Positions 19,993 through 29,740 of a stretch of 64,000 nucleotides of DNA are shown here, piece by piece; the stretch's first letter is position 1, and each line of letters opens with the position of its first letter. The DNA comes from Candidatus Latescibacterota bacterium (lineage in GTDB: Bacteria; Latescibacterota; UBA2968; GCA-2709665): contig CAXXJS010000040.1 of the NCBI GenBank assembly GCA_963662665.2, forward strand, positions 96,001 to 160,000, in the 5' to 3' direction. A program made the translations under genes and the position numbers. The notes beneath the pieces were generated by a model, which was not told the DNA's origin, searched no databases, and saw only the letters and a list, made by a program, of their open reading frames with translations.

Positions 19993-21842
19993 ACGCGTCC
20001 CGACCAGTGTTAGTTCTTGCTAACGGTGCCACGGATCCCGACAATGGGGCTCACCCGCTAATACTGGACTACAAGCCTGACGATGCTGGGCGACTAATGC
20101 ATATCGGCCTGCCGTCTTTCATTGGTAATTTGTTTCACATTCCCGACCGTACACTCGACTTGCTCGAAATTGCAGCCTATGTATTTACAGCAGATCGTTT
20201 GCTGCACCGGGGCCAATCAAATGCGGTCGAGTATCACAGTTGGTCCCGATCGATTGAGTTTCATGTTCGAGTACGTGATTTCGACTTTTGGAACACCGAT
20301 TCAGTTAAGCAAGCACTATCAGATGTCCTTTTGTTTATGACGGGAGACGCCTTAATCACATTCCACTTCCAACCTGGACACTGTACTCCTCCGACGGGTC
20401 TATTTGACAGTAGTGAGTTTTCGCTAAAAGGCTTGGCCGAAGCAACGGTTACATTATTCTCTGGTGGAATAGATTCGCTTTCAGGAGCATTGGATCGCTT
20501 GAACGAAACAGACTCCAAAGTGCTTCTGGTTACCCATCAGTCGGGGGTAGCAAACATGCGCACACAACAAGCACTTGTCCGTAGGTTGCAACAAGAATTC
20601 CCACGAAGAACCCAACATTATCGATTCAGATGTACTCTTCGCGGCCAGCGCGCTGTCGAAGAGACACAGCGATCCCGTTCATTCTTATACACATCTATAG
20701 GATATGCAATAGCATCAGCGTGGAAAAACGATCATATGTTCATTTACGAGAACGGTGTTACAAGTATCAACCTCAGCAGGCGAGAGGATCTAGCGAATGC
20801 AAGAGCAAGTCGTACGACCCATCCTCGAACCATCTGGCTGCTTGAAATGCTATTTGGTCTTCTTCATGAATCTGAATTCAGAATCCATCTCCCATATCTT
20901 ACCCTCACAAAACGAGACGTCGTAAAACGTCTTTCCAACAACGCCCCAAACTTGCTATCGAGTACTGTTTCGTGTACTCGCACATTTAAGACCGAGGGCC
21001 AATCGACGCACTGTGGATCATGTTTCCAGTGCATCGATAGACGAATCGCAACCTACGCGGCGGGTGTTAATCAGCTTGACCACCAGGGTTTGTACTCACG
21101 CGATATTGTCCATAACCCGATCGAGGACCGTGCTGCTAGGACGATTACCGTAGACTATCTCAGGCAAGCAAGACGTTTCACCGAATGGAACTTGGCGAAA
21201 TTCGAACACTATTACCTCAGCGAGATAGCCGAATTAATCGGTTGTTTACGAGTCGGAGACACAGAGGAACAGCAAATTGAGATGGTGTGGGGCCTGTTAC
21301 AGAATCACGGGGAACATGTGCGTGAAGGTGTACAAAATATGTTAGTGAACCGGTGTGATCCGTTAGAGCCGCTTACTGACAATTCCCTACTGGCGTTGGT
21401 AACGTCTGGAGAGCATACAAAACCAGAGGTCCTTCGACTTGCACAATCATTAGTGCAGATCTTGGAATCGAGCGTGGGCGAGATGTTCCGCCGTGACCGC
21501 CCCCAAGACGAGAATGATCTAAACACGAAACTCGCCGCATTGCTTCGAACCCACGAGCCACGGCTTACGAGTGAGCATCCTACGGAATCGTTCGCTTGCG
21601 CTGGCGTGGTTCCTGATCACGAATTGCATTCCTCAAGTTTATTGTTGGAAGCAAAATACATTAGAAAGTCAACCTCACCCTCAAAGGCTGCGGAAGGTAT
21701 CGCTGCGGATTTGACTAAGTTTCCGGCGAACTGCTTCATTCTCTTTATCGTTTACGATCCAGACCACGCCATTAAATCTGATTATCAGTACCGTATGGAC
21801 ATTGAGACTCATGGTAGAAATGTGGTGGTCATTGTGCGATAG
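19989..21842 (+). CDS. QatC-like QueC (PP-loop) protein fused to a C-terminal PD-(D/E)XK nuclease domain
   Basis: LFSGGIDS, QRSRSFLY, ENGVTSINL, SRTTHP, SC...HCGSCFQCIDRR; C-terminus E-HP...VPD...LEAKY...ADL...FIVYDP. Confidence 0.85.
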   Translation: MNASRPVLVLANGATDPDNGAHPLILDYKPDDAGRLMHIGLPSFIGNLFHIPDRTLDLLEIAAYVFTADRLLHRGQSNAVEYHSWSRSIEFHVRVRDFDFWNTDSVKQALSDVLLFMTGDALITFHFQPGHCTPPTGLFDSSEFSLKGLAEATVTLFSGGIDSLSGALDRLNETDSKVLLVTHQSGVANMRTQQALVRRLQQEFPRRTQHYRFRCTLRGQRAVEETQRSRSFLYTSIGYAIASAWKNDHMFIYENGVTSINLSRREDLANARASRTTHPRTIWLLEMLFGLLHESEFRIHLPYLTLTKRDVVKRLSNNAPNLLSSTVSCTRTFKTEGQSTHCGSCFQCIDRRIATYAAGVNQLDHQGLYSRDIVHNPIEDRAARTITVDYLRQARRFTEWNLAKFEHYYLSEIAELIGCLRVGDTEEQQIEMVWGLLQNHGEHVREGVQNMLVNRCDPLEPLTDNSLLALVTSGEHTKPEVLRLAQSLVQILESSVGEMFRRDRPQDENDLNTKLAALLRTHEPRLTSEHPTESFACAGVVPDHELHSSSLLLEAKYIRKSTSPSKAAEGIAADLTKFPANCFILFIVYDPDHAIKSDYQYRMDIETHGRNVVVIVR

Positions 21843-22087
21843 GCACCGAGCGGATTGAAGCCTGCTGCGTAAGGAGTATGTACAATTGCCAGGCGCGAGG
21901 TTCGAGATAGGAAAGTTTGTACTTCCACTCCCAACTCCGGGTGATCAATACGGCCTTTAGTCCCTCTCGTTGCCGAAAAATTGTCGATTTCGGTCCAAAG
22001 TTACCCGCACTTTACACTGGTTTCATCGATTGCAAGGTTCACCGCGATCTGCCATGCCGGAACCATTAACCAACGCCAAAGAGAGTT

Positions 22088-23095
22088 ATGACAGATAGTG
22101 CGTATTACTATCCGGCACCGTATTGGGCAATGAGGGAAGGAGGGTGGATTAAGTCGCTCCTTCTGTTCTTCGACGAAGTCGCAATCTTGCTGCCGGACTA
22201 CATGTATGGACGTCATGTACAAGCGGATCCTACCCTTGCCGGTCCACTTGAGGATCTCGGATTATTAAAGGTGCTCGAACCAAACAATTGGGTCGATGCG
22301 GAGGCCACGAATCAGCTTGCAGAAATTGTCGTTGACCTGCTTACAAATGGCGCATTCGATGACCTTCCAAAGGCAGTATATTTCGCGGAATTGTCGCAGT
22401 CAAGAATTGGTTACGGTGCCGACGTCAACTTGGCAAGTTTTCTGGTTGCGGAACTCAGGACAAGAGGACTTGCGCGCACGAGCGAGGACGGAGTTTCAAT
22501 TCCCCTTCATCCCGCTGTCCGAACGACCATACTCGTCATTCTCGCACAGCTCTCTCGGGTAACCGGAGCCAAGCGCGGGATGATCGTACATCCAACAACG
22601 AACTATGCTGAAGCTGTTCGTGACCTAGTCGAGACGTTGTCAAGAGATCGCATGCCATCGCGCGAAAACGTAATCAAGCTTGATCTTGAACCCGTAACAT
22701 TTGATTTGGAGACGATTCCACTTGACGACGTCCTACAGTTCCGCACTGAACACAAAGATGCGCACCGAACATATATGCGTAATCTCAGAGGCTTCATGGC
22801 TGAACTCGCCGAGCTCGAAGACACCAAGGTACGAGAAGCTATACTTTTAGAGCGCCGTCAAGAAATCGCTGACGCAGCCCACGAAATCCAGCGGTCTACG
22901 CGAAGGGAACTCGGCAAGGATTTGGGCTCGTGGTCGTTAGGTATTGCGGGCGGTTTTTGGTCATTGGCCTCTGGCGACCCAATCGGCCTAGCACTCACCG
23001 CAACTGGCCTCATTTCCGGAATCGTGTCCAGATCTCCGAAGCAAGTCGGCGCGTATTCCTACTTGTTCGAAGCGAGTAACACTTTTGCGAGATAG
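22088..23095 (+). CDS. Hypothetical protein with C-terminal hydrophobic hairpin (DUF6236-like N-terminus)
   Basis: YYYP...WIKSLLLFFDEVAILLP; C-terminal SWSLGIAGGFWSLASGDPIGLALTATGLISGIV. Confidence 0.65.
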   Translation: MTDSAYYYPAPYWAMREGGWIKSLLLFFDEVAILLPDYMYGRHVQADPTLAGPLEDLGLLKVLEPNNWVDAEATNQLAEIVVDLLTNGAFDDLPKAVYFAELSQSRIGYGADVNLASFLVAELRTRGLARTSEDGVSIPLHPAVRTTILVILAQLSRVTGAKRGMIVHPTTNYAEAVRDLVETLSRDRMPSRENVIKLDLEPVTFDLETIPLDDVLQFRTEHKDAHRTYMRNLRGFMAELAELEDTKVREAILLERRQEIADAAHEIQRSTRRELGKDLGSWSLGIAGGFWSLASGDPIGLALTATGLISGIVSRSPKQVGAYSYLFEASNTFAR

Positions 23096-23304
23096 CGGGT
23101 TTTCAGCATCCAAAAAACCGGAAAATCTAAAGAGCTTAGAAGAGATTTACGTCTACGTTAGAATCCGGCACAAACGACGAGGCCCTGTCTGACACGACCG
23201 CCCGTGGGAGGGTCATTACTATCGAGTTCAATGTCTTGGACGCTTCCGTACCTTGAGACATGAAATTAGCCTTACCCAATGTCTCCGACGCCATGATGCT
23301 GATC

Positions 23305-23501
23305 GCGTGCCTCGACGAGACGATCGCGCGGAAGGATGTCGAACCGCTGGCCCTCGGTATCGTCGAGTGGCACACAGGGCTCTCGCCCGCCCGAGACAGC
23401 ACTTTGTTTTTCGCGACAGTGCAGTTGCCGACGACGTCGCCAAGACAAATCTTGCCGCTCTCCTAAAACAGCACGCTCTGGAGAATGTGCGCAGTCTGTA
23501 G
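23305..23501 (+). pseudogene. Second, frameshifted copy of the mod 3' end
   Basis: ACLDETIARKDVEPLALGIVEW then FRDSAVADDVAKTNLAALLKQHALENVRSL*; parallels 18970-19167 with a 1-bp deletion. Confidence 0.88.
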
Positions 23502-23568
23502 GACGATCCATTATCCGGCCGTAACCGATTCTCCACGAGTCTCATTTTCGGTGAGCGAGTTCGTTCTA

Positions 23569-24790
23569 GTACCCTTTGACGGCTAAAGCACGGCGTAGTC
23601 TGGATACAGCTTTCTCAGTTTGATGCGAGCATCGTCGGTCGTGAACCGCCAATGGACGGCCTTGCTATTGTTGTTGCGATCATTCGTCCAAGCGGAAGTC
23701 TGCTCTTTGAGTGAATCGATATCGGGGATGCGCTGCTTCAAGCATTGGTTGCTCAAGACACTCAGTTCGATCTCGGCGATGTTGAGCCAACTCCCGTGTT
23801 TGGGCGTGTAGTGGATTTCGAGACGCCTGGCCAGACGGCGAGCTTCTTCGGGTGAGAACGCCTCGTAGAGTGCCGCGGGCGTGTGCGTGTTGAGGTTATC
23901 ACACACCAGGACGACGGTTTCGGCTTCACGGTAGTCCGTATCCAGAAGCTCCTTGATCTCCTGGGCCCAGTCCAGTGCGGTCTTGCGTTGTCTTACACGG
24001 ACCTTGCGCCAGCACGAAAGCGGTTCAGTGAACATGAAGTTCACGGCGGTTCCGTTACGTTCATACTCGTAGTCGTAGCGTTCAGGTTTGCCCGGACGTG
24101 TAGTGACCGGAACACGCGTCTCCTTGACCAACTGAACCGGGTGTTCGTCCATATTGACAACGGGCCTCAGGGCGTCGTACGGCCGCTGATAGACATCCAG
24201 GATATCCTCCATCGCGGCGACAAACGCGGCGTTTTGCTTGGGCGGAATCACCCAGCACGTTCTCAGGTGAGGCCTAAGTTTGTTTTTTTAAGCGTTCGCT
24301 GCACCGTCCGGTATGAGATGCTATCGACGATCTCCAGGGCTACGAGCTCATCGGCCAAAAGCTTCAGCGTCCACCGCTTACGTCCCGTTGGAGGTTCACT
24401 GCAAGCCAACGCGATCAATCGGGCTTCCTTAGCACCATCCAGCTTTCTTTCGGTGGGAGGATGGGCGCGCTTCTTTCGCTCAAGGGCCGAATCCAGGCCC
24501 TCCAACACAAAACGCTTCCGGATGCCCTCAACCGTAGACCGATTGCACGAAAAGGCCTCCGTGATCTGCCGATCCAGCCAGGCCGGACCCTCTGCATCGG
24601 CCTTGAGAAGCACATGCGCGTGCCTGATTCGGTACGCTTGCGTCTTGCCTTTGCTTACCAGATCCTGCAGCCGTTCCCGTTCTTCGGGACTCAGACGTAC
24701 GACGTATTTCTTCGGCATGCCGATGGCTCCTTCGTCTTCAGGGGAGACATCGAACTATAAGCACGCCCAGTCTTAGAAGTCAATAGGTAC
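23569..24790 (-). mobile_element. IS630 family insertion sequence
   Basis: Imperfect inverted repeats GTACCCTTTGACGGCTAA / GTACCTATTGACTTCTAA; TA duplicated within a CTAG target. Confidence 0.88.
23583..24718 (-). CDS. IS630 transposase in two frames (HTH orfA 24263-24718; DDE orfB), joined by a probable -1 frameshift
   Basis: MDE, VCDNLNTH, YTPKHGSWLNIAE; an A7C run at 24282-24289 gives KKNKLRPHLRTCWVIPP after a -1 shift. Confidence 0.88.
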
Positions 24791-24976
24791 TAGTGGCGAT
24801 GAACATGCTGCCCTTGCTAAGGTGTGTGAGAAATATTATGACACGTTTCTGAAGACAGATTTTCACATTTTTCTTGCGACGCCCAGCAATTCCATCAATT
24901 CGCCCCGAATCCGTGGGTGGTTAACGGGGTCTTCCCAATCCCTTCTGACGTTCAGGGTCTTCTATTCTAATCGGCT

Positions 24977-27952
24977 ATGAAACTTCATTTTGAACCAAAT
25001 CTCGAATTCCAGCTTCAAGCGATTGATGCCGTCTGTGACCTTTTTCGCGGGCAAGAAATCTGCCGAACCGACTTTACGGTCACGAGGGAAGCGGTGGGGT
25101 CCCAGGAACGTCTTGGATTTGACCAGAGCGATCTCGGCATTGGCAACCGGCTGACCCTTCTGGATGATGAGATCCTGGAAAACCTCCGCGCCATCCAGCT
25201 TCGGAACGGACTGCCTCCAACAGACCATTTGGACTCTGGTGATTTCACTGTGGAGATGGAGACCGGCACAGGAAAGACGTATGTGTATAGCCGTACCATT
25301 TTCGAACTGAACAAGCGTTACGGGTTTACCAAATTTGTAATTGTCGTGCCATCAATCGCTATCAAAGAGGGTGTCTACAAGTCGCTCCAGATTACCGAGG
25401 AACACTTCAAAGCACTTTACTCAGGCGCGCCATTCGACTATTTCCTCTACGATTCAGCCAAACTTGGCCAGGTGCGAAATTTTGCAACCAGTCCACAAAT
25501 TCAAATCATGGTTGTGACCGTCGGCGCCATCAACAAGAAGGATGTCAACAATCTATACAAGGAAAGCGAGAAGACGGGTGGCGAAAGGCCTATCGATCTT
25601 ATCAAAGCGACCAATCCGATTTTGATCGTCGATGAGCCTCAAAGCGTAGACGGAGGTTTGCGAGGTCGGGGCAAAGAGGCACTTAGCGCCATGAATCCTC
25701 TCTGCACGTTTCGCTACTCTGCAACGCACGTCGACCGACATCACATGGTGTATCGACTCGATGCAGTCGACGCATACGAGCAAAAACTGGTGAAGCAGAT
25801 CGAAGTGGCAGCCGCCACAGTCGAAAACGCGCACAACAGGCCCTATGTCCGGCTGATTTCAACGAGCAACCGTAGCAGAACGGTGAGTGCCAGGGTCGAA
25901 CTCGATGTTGAAACGCCCACCGGAGTTCGACGTCGGGAAGTCAACGTGCTTGATGGTGACGATCTCGAACAAACAACACGACGCGCTGTGTATCGAAATT
26001 GTCGGATCGGTACGATCTGCGCCGGGAGGGGTAACGAACTGGTTGAGCTGAGAGTACCCGGCGACGAGGAATACCTGCGTCCCGGTGAATCCTGGGGCGA
26101 CGTGGACGTACTTGCCGTTCAACGAGAAATGATACGCCGTACCATCCGGGAACACCTCGACAAGGAGCGACGTCTCAGGCCACAGGGCATAAAGGTGCTC
26201 AGCCTGTTTTTTATTGACGCGGTAGATCGGTACCGTGCGTACGATGAAGACGGGAATGCAGTCAAAGGCGTGTATGCCGAAATATTCGAGGAGGAGTATC
26301 GCCGTTTCGCAAAACATCCGGATTACCGCACGTTATTCGGAGAGGTCGATCTCGATAGAGCCTCGGACGAAGTCCACAACGGCTACTTCTCGATCGATAG
26401 GAAGGGCGGCTGGACGGATACTGCGGAGAACAATCAGACCAACCGTGACAACGCCGAGCGTGCGTACAATTTGATTATGAGAGAGAAGGAGCAACTGTTG
26501 AGCCTCGACACACCGCTCAAGTTCATATTCTCCCATTCCGCATTACGGGAAGGATGGGACAACCCCAATGTATTCCAGATTTGCGCTCTGCGCGACATAC
26601 GGACAGAACAAGAAAGGCGCCAATCCATTGGACGGGGACTACGCCTTTGCGTTAACCAGGACGGCGAGCGGCTACGCGGTTTCGATATCAACACGCTGAC
26701 GGTCGTAGCGATGGAAAGCTACGAGGAATTCGCGGAGAACCTGCAACACGAAATCGAGAAGGATACAGGGATACGCTTCGGAATCGTCACTTCCCACGAA
26801 TTCGCGTCGATTCCGGTTATTGACAAGGACGGCGAGATTACCGCGCTTGGGATTGACGCGTCGGAGGAATTGTGGGAACATCTGAAGGAAGCTGGATATA
26901 TCGACGCAACTGGTCGCATACAGGACTCGCTCCGCAAGGCGCTGAAAGAGGATACGTTCCTCGTACCAGAACTTTATGCTAAACAACAGACTGAGATCTC
27001 CAAAGTGCTACGTAAGCTCGCGGGGCGTCTCGACATCAAAGACGCAAACGAACGTCGGTCGGTGCGAACCCGGCAGGCTGTTTTCCAAAGCGCCGAATTC
27101 AAGTCGCTCTGGGACCGGATAAAATACAAGACAACCTATCGAGTTGTGTTTGACAACGAAAACCTGATTAACCAGTGCATCGATGCGCTTCAGAAAGCAC
27201 CTGCAATCCCAAGTACAAGGCTCCAGTGGCGGAAGGCCGATATCGCTATCGGAAAGGCCGGGGTCGAAGCCACTGAGAGACAAGGTGCCGCGACGGTTAC
27301 GTTGAACGAGGCAGACATTGAGCTGCCCGATATACTCACAGACCTCCAGGATAGAACGCAGCTCACACGGAGGAGCATCCACCGAATCTTGTGCGAAAGC
27401 GGACGGCTTGAAGAATTCAAGCGCAACCCTCAGCAGTTTATCGATCTGGCCGATCAGGCTATAAACCGCTGTAAAAGGAAAGTTTTAGTCGACGGAATCA
27501 AGTACCAGCGCCTGGGCGACGATCATTACTACGCACAGGAACTGTTCCAAAACGAAGAGTTGACGGGCTACTTGAAGAACATGCTTGATGCAACAAAGTC
27601 AGTCTACGACAAGGTCGTTTACGAATCCGGCGTGGAAGCTCAATTCGCCGATGATCTTGAGAACAACACGGCTGTTAAGGTGTATGCCAAGTTACCGGGG
27701 TGGTTCGAAGTGCCTACGCCTCTCGGTGGGTACAATCCCGACTGGGCAGTATTGATCGATTCCGAAGAAGGAGAGCGGTTGTATTTTGTCGTGGAAACGA
27801 AGGGAAGCCTGTTCACCGATGACATTCGAGACGCCGAGAGTGGCAAGATTAAGTGCGGCAAAGCGCACTTTAATGCGCTCAAGGTAGGCGAATCGCCGGT
27901 TCGATACGAAGTGGCGACCAGTTTCAGCGACTTGCCTACATCTGCAGGTTGA
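24977..27952 (+). CDS. res: Type III restriction endonuclease Res
   Basis: EMETGTGKT, DEPQ, SHSALREGWDNPNVFQIC, YNPDWA...VVETKG. Confidence 0.93.
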   Translation: MKLHFEPNLEFQLQAIDAVCDLFRGQEICRTDFTVTREAVGSQERLGFDQSDLGIGNRLTLLDDEILENLRAIQLRNGLPPTDHLDSGDFTVEMETGTGKTYVYSRTIFELNKRYGFTKFVIVVPSIAIKEGVYKSLQITEEHFKALYSGAPFDYFLYDSAKLGQVRNFATSPQIQIMVVTVGAINKKDVNNLYKESEKTGGERPIDLIKATNPILIVDEPQSVDGGLRGRGKEALSAMNPLCTFRYSATHVDRHHMVYRLDAVDAYEQKLVKQIEVAAATVENAHNRPYVRLISTSNRSRTVSARVELDVETPTGVRRREVNVLDGDDLEQTTRRAVYRNCRIGTICAGRGNELVELRVPGDEEYLRPGESWGDVDVLAVQREMIRRTIREHLDKERRLRPQGIKVLSLFFIDAVDRYRAYDEDGNAVKGVYAEIFEEEYRRFAKHPDYRTLFGEVDLDRASDEVHNGYFSIDRKGGWTDTAENNQTNRDNAERAYNLIMREKEQLLSLDTPLKFIFSHSALREGWDNPNVFQICALRDIRTEQERRQSIGRGLRLCVNQDGERLRGFDINTLTVVAMESYEEFAENLQHEIEKDTGIRFGIVTSHEFASIPVIDKDGEITALGIDASEELWEHLKEAGYIDATGRIQDSLRKALKEDTFLVPELYAKQQTEISKVLRKLAGRLDIKDANERRSVRTRQAVFQSAEFKSLWDRIKYKTTYRVVFDNENLINQCIDALQKAPAIPSTRLQWRKADIAIGKAGVEATERQGAATVTLNEADIELPDILTDLQDRTQLTRRSIHRILCESGRLEEFKRNPQQFIDLADQAINRCKRKVLVDGIKYQRLGDDHYYAQELFQNEELTGYLKNMLDATKSVYDKVVYESGVEAQFADDLENNTAVKVYAKLPGWFEVPTPLGGYNPDWAVLIDSEEGERLYFVVETKGSLFTDDIRDAESGKIKCGKAHFNALKVGESPVRYEVATSFSDLPTSAG

Positions 27953-28156
27953 TGATCCAAAAGGCATCTGCAAACGAGTGGCCAGCGACTCAAAAAGCGT
28001 TACCGAAAGCGCAAATGTCGGCGATTCGCCGAACCAAAAAGCAACACGAAGTGCCGGCGTAGTGTCAAGCCACGGCGGCATTGAGGTGATCCCGATAAAA
28101 TTCGCCGACTCGGCCAATTTACCGGGGCGAGTAGTGCAAATGAGAGAAAACATCCA

Positions 28157-28708
28157 ATGTCTGACAGTAACAATCAGGATGTGAAATGGAACGCGGAATT
28201 CATGATGGACAACGCACGGTCGTTGCAGCGTGTTGTGCAGGACATCGAACGAGATACGAAGCAGTCTTTGGAATCGGATCTGCTCCTTTTCAAAGGACAA
28301 CTACTGGCGGGTCCAATCCTATTGTCATTGGCGGCGGAAATCGCACTGAAGGCACTGCTGTGTTGGGAGAAAAACAAAACCCCTATCCAGACCCATGACT
28401 TGCTGAAGTTGTTCATGTCGCTGGAAGAGAGCACACAAGAGTTACTGGAAGCAAGAATGCGGAAGGTAAGCCCATACTCGATACGTGCAGACCAGCCGGG
28501 CATGCAAAACCTGAATCCCGACGTTCAAGAGATGTTTTCAGCAAAGATGCATCCCCTGCGCGACGTTTTATGTTCTCACCGTGACTCGCACACACATTAT
28601 AGGTACCTCTACGAGAAGCATGGAGGCCGGTTCGAAATTGGTGAAATCAATCATGCACTAAACGTGATATTTGACGTCTACTACGAGAGGCGTCGTGATT
28701 CGCCTTGA
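28157..28708 (+). CDS. HEPN domain protein
   Basis: AAEIALKALL...PIQTHDLLKLF...YRYLYE pattern. Confidence 0.7.
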   Translation: MSDSNNQDVKWNAEFMMDNARSLQRVVQDIERDTKQSLESDLLLFKGQLLAGPILLSLAAEIALKALLCWEKNKTPIQTHDLLKLFMSLEESTQELLEARMRKVSPYSIRADQPGMQNLNPDVQEMFSAKMHPLRDVLCSHRDSHTHYRYLYEKHGGRFEIGEINHALNVIFDVYYERRRDSP

Positions 28709-28906
28709 CGATGTGATGAATTGCTGGCTGCAGCCATTGGTAGATCTATTACCGTTCGCTGTCTCGCCGTCTCACGCTCGGTATCCAACAACCCTTCACG
28801 CATATCCAGTCTATAATGCAAATCGAGAAACTCCGAAACGCAATCCCATCGGGGTCTCTTGTCGTTCCAGCGACGAAATCACAAGCATCCGCGACCTGTC
28901 AAGCAA

Positions 28907-29031
28907 ACGGCCAGCGACGTAAATCCCACCACCACCGTCGCCGGGCCCTTCGACCCTTCGACAGGCTCAGGGCAACGCATGCTCAGGGACCGGCTCGGCT
29001 TCTGCGACTCCTCCTCACGGGGGGAGTGATT
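28907..29031 (+). repeat. Dispersed palindromic repeat, copy 1
   Basis: ACGGCCAGCGACGTAAATCCC...CCCTTCGAC...GCTCAGGGACCG...CTTCTGCGACTCC..CTCA.GGGGGGAGTGATT; recurs at 31515-31653. Confidence 0.8.
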
Positions 29032-29103
29032 AGACCGTCAAACGGGCCCGCGCCTTGTTTTCTAACTGTCAAGCTGCGCCTGTCTGCTGAATGCTGGCGC
29101 ACA

Positions 29104-29510
29104 CGCGACCTGTGCCGCGAACACGGAGTGGCAGAGCCGCTGATCGAAGTGTCAGACTCGTGGGTGACGACGACCTTCAGGCGTCCGATAACCAAGTCTG
29201 AGGAGGAAGCTGGGGACAGGTCGGCACCAGGTCGGCACCAAGTCGGCACCAGGTCACCGCACAAGTTACCGCACAAGTTACCGCTCAGGTTGTATGGCAT
29301 TGCAGGCTACCCCGCTTTGCGAAGGAGATTATGGAGTTTCTTGGATTGAAACACCGGAAGACGTTCCGGGTAAACTACCTCCAGCCGCTAATGGAAGCCG
29401 GATGGCTGGAGATGACCATACCGGACAAGCCGACCAGCAGCAAACAGAAATATCGGCTCACGGACAAGGGACGGCAACTCCTGGCGGAATTGCGAGAGGA
29501 CGATGTCTGA
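29104..29510 (+). pseudogene. C-terminal fragment of a RecG-C/HATPase regulator with a Fic-like winged HTH tail (frameshifted)
   Basis: RDLCREHGVAEPLIEV, then in another frame VTAQVTAQV...LEMTIPDKPTSSKQKYRLT. Confidence 0.75.
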
Positions 29511-29739
29511 AGACGGCGCATGGAACGAGACACTGGTTGATGATAAAGTGACCTATCACATCGAACTGGATGGGCGGCTCTTACTCGTTGAAAACGTCCC
29601 GGCTCGACTCAATGTCGAGACAGGCGAGAAGTACTTCTCACTGGAGACCGTTGAGCGCTTGCAGCGAGTCGTGTGGGAGAGATGCCGTCCTGTTCGAACC
29701 ATTGAGACCCCTGTGTATGGGTATGCCTCCCTCGCCTGA
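29503..29739 (+). CDS. YgiT-type zinc finger family protein (Cys-less variant)
   Basis: VTYHIELDGRLLLVENVPARLNVETGEKYFSLETVERLQ. Confidence 0.75.
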   Translation: MSEDGAWNETLVDDKVTYHIELDGRLLLVENVPARLNVETGEKYFSLETVERLQRVVWERCRPVRTIETPVYGYASLA

Positions 29740-29740
29740 A

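Noticed and set aside
19989-21842. Housekeeping queC, or a complete qatABCD, type IV CBASS or Dpd system
   Set aside because: Protein is far longer than housekeeping QueC and carries an extra domain; no queD/E/F, KAP ATPase, TatD, CD-NTase or DpdA/TGT in the window
24263-24290. IS630 transposase as a broken pseudogene
   Set aside because: The frame break lies at an A7C slippery run typical of programmed -1 frameshifting in IS630
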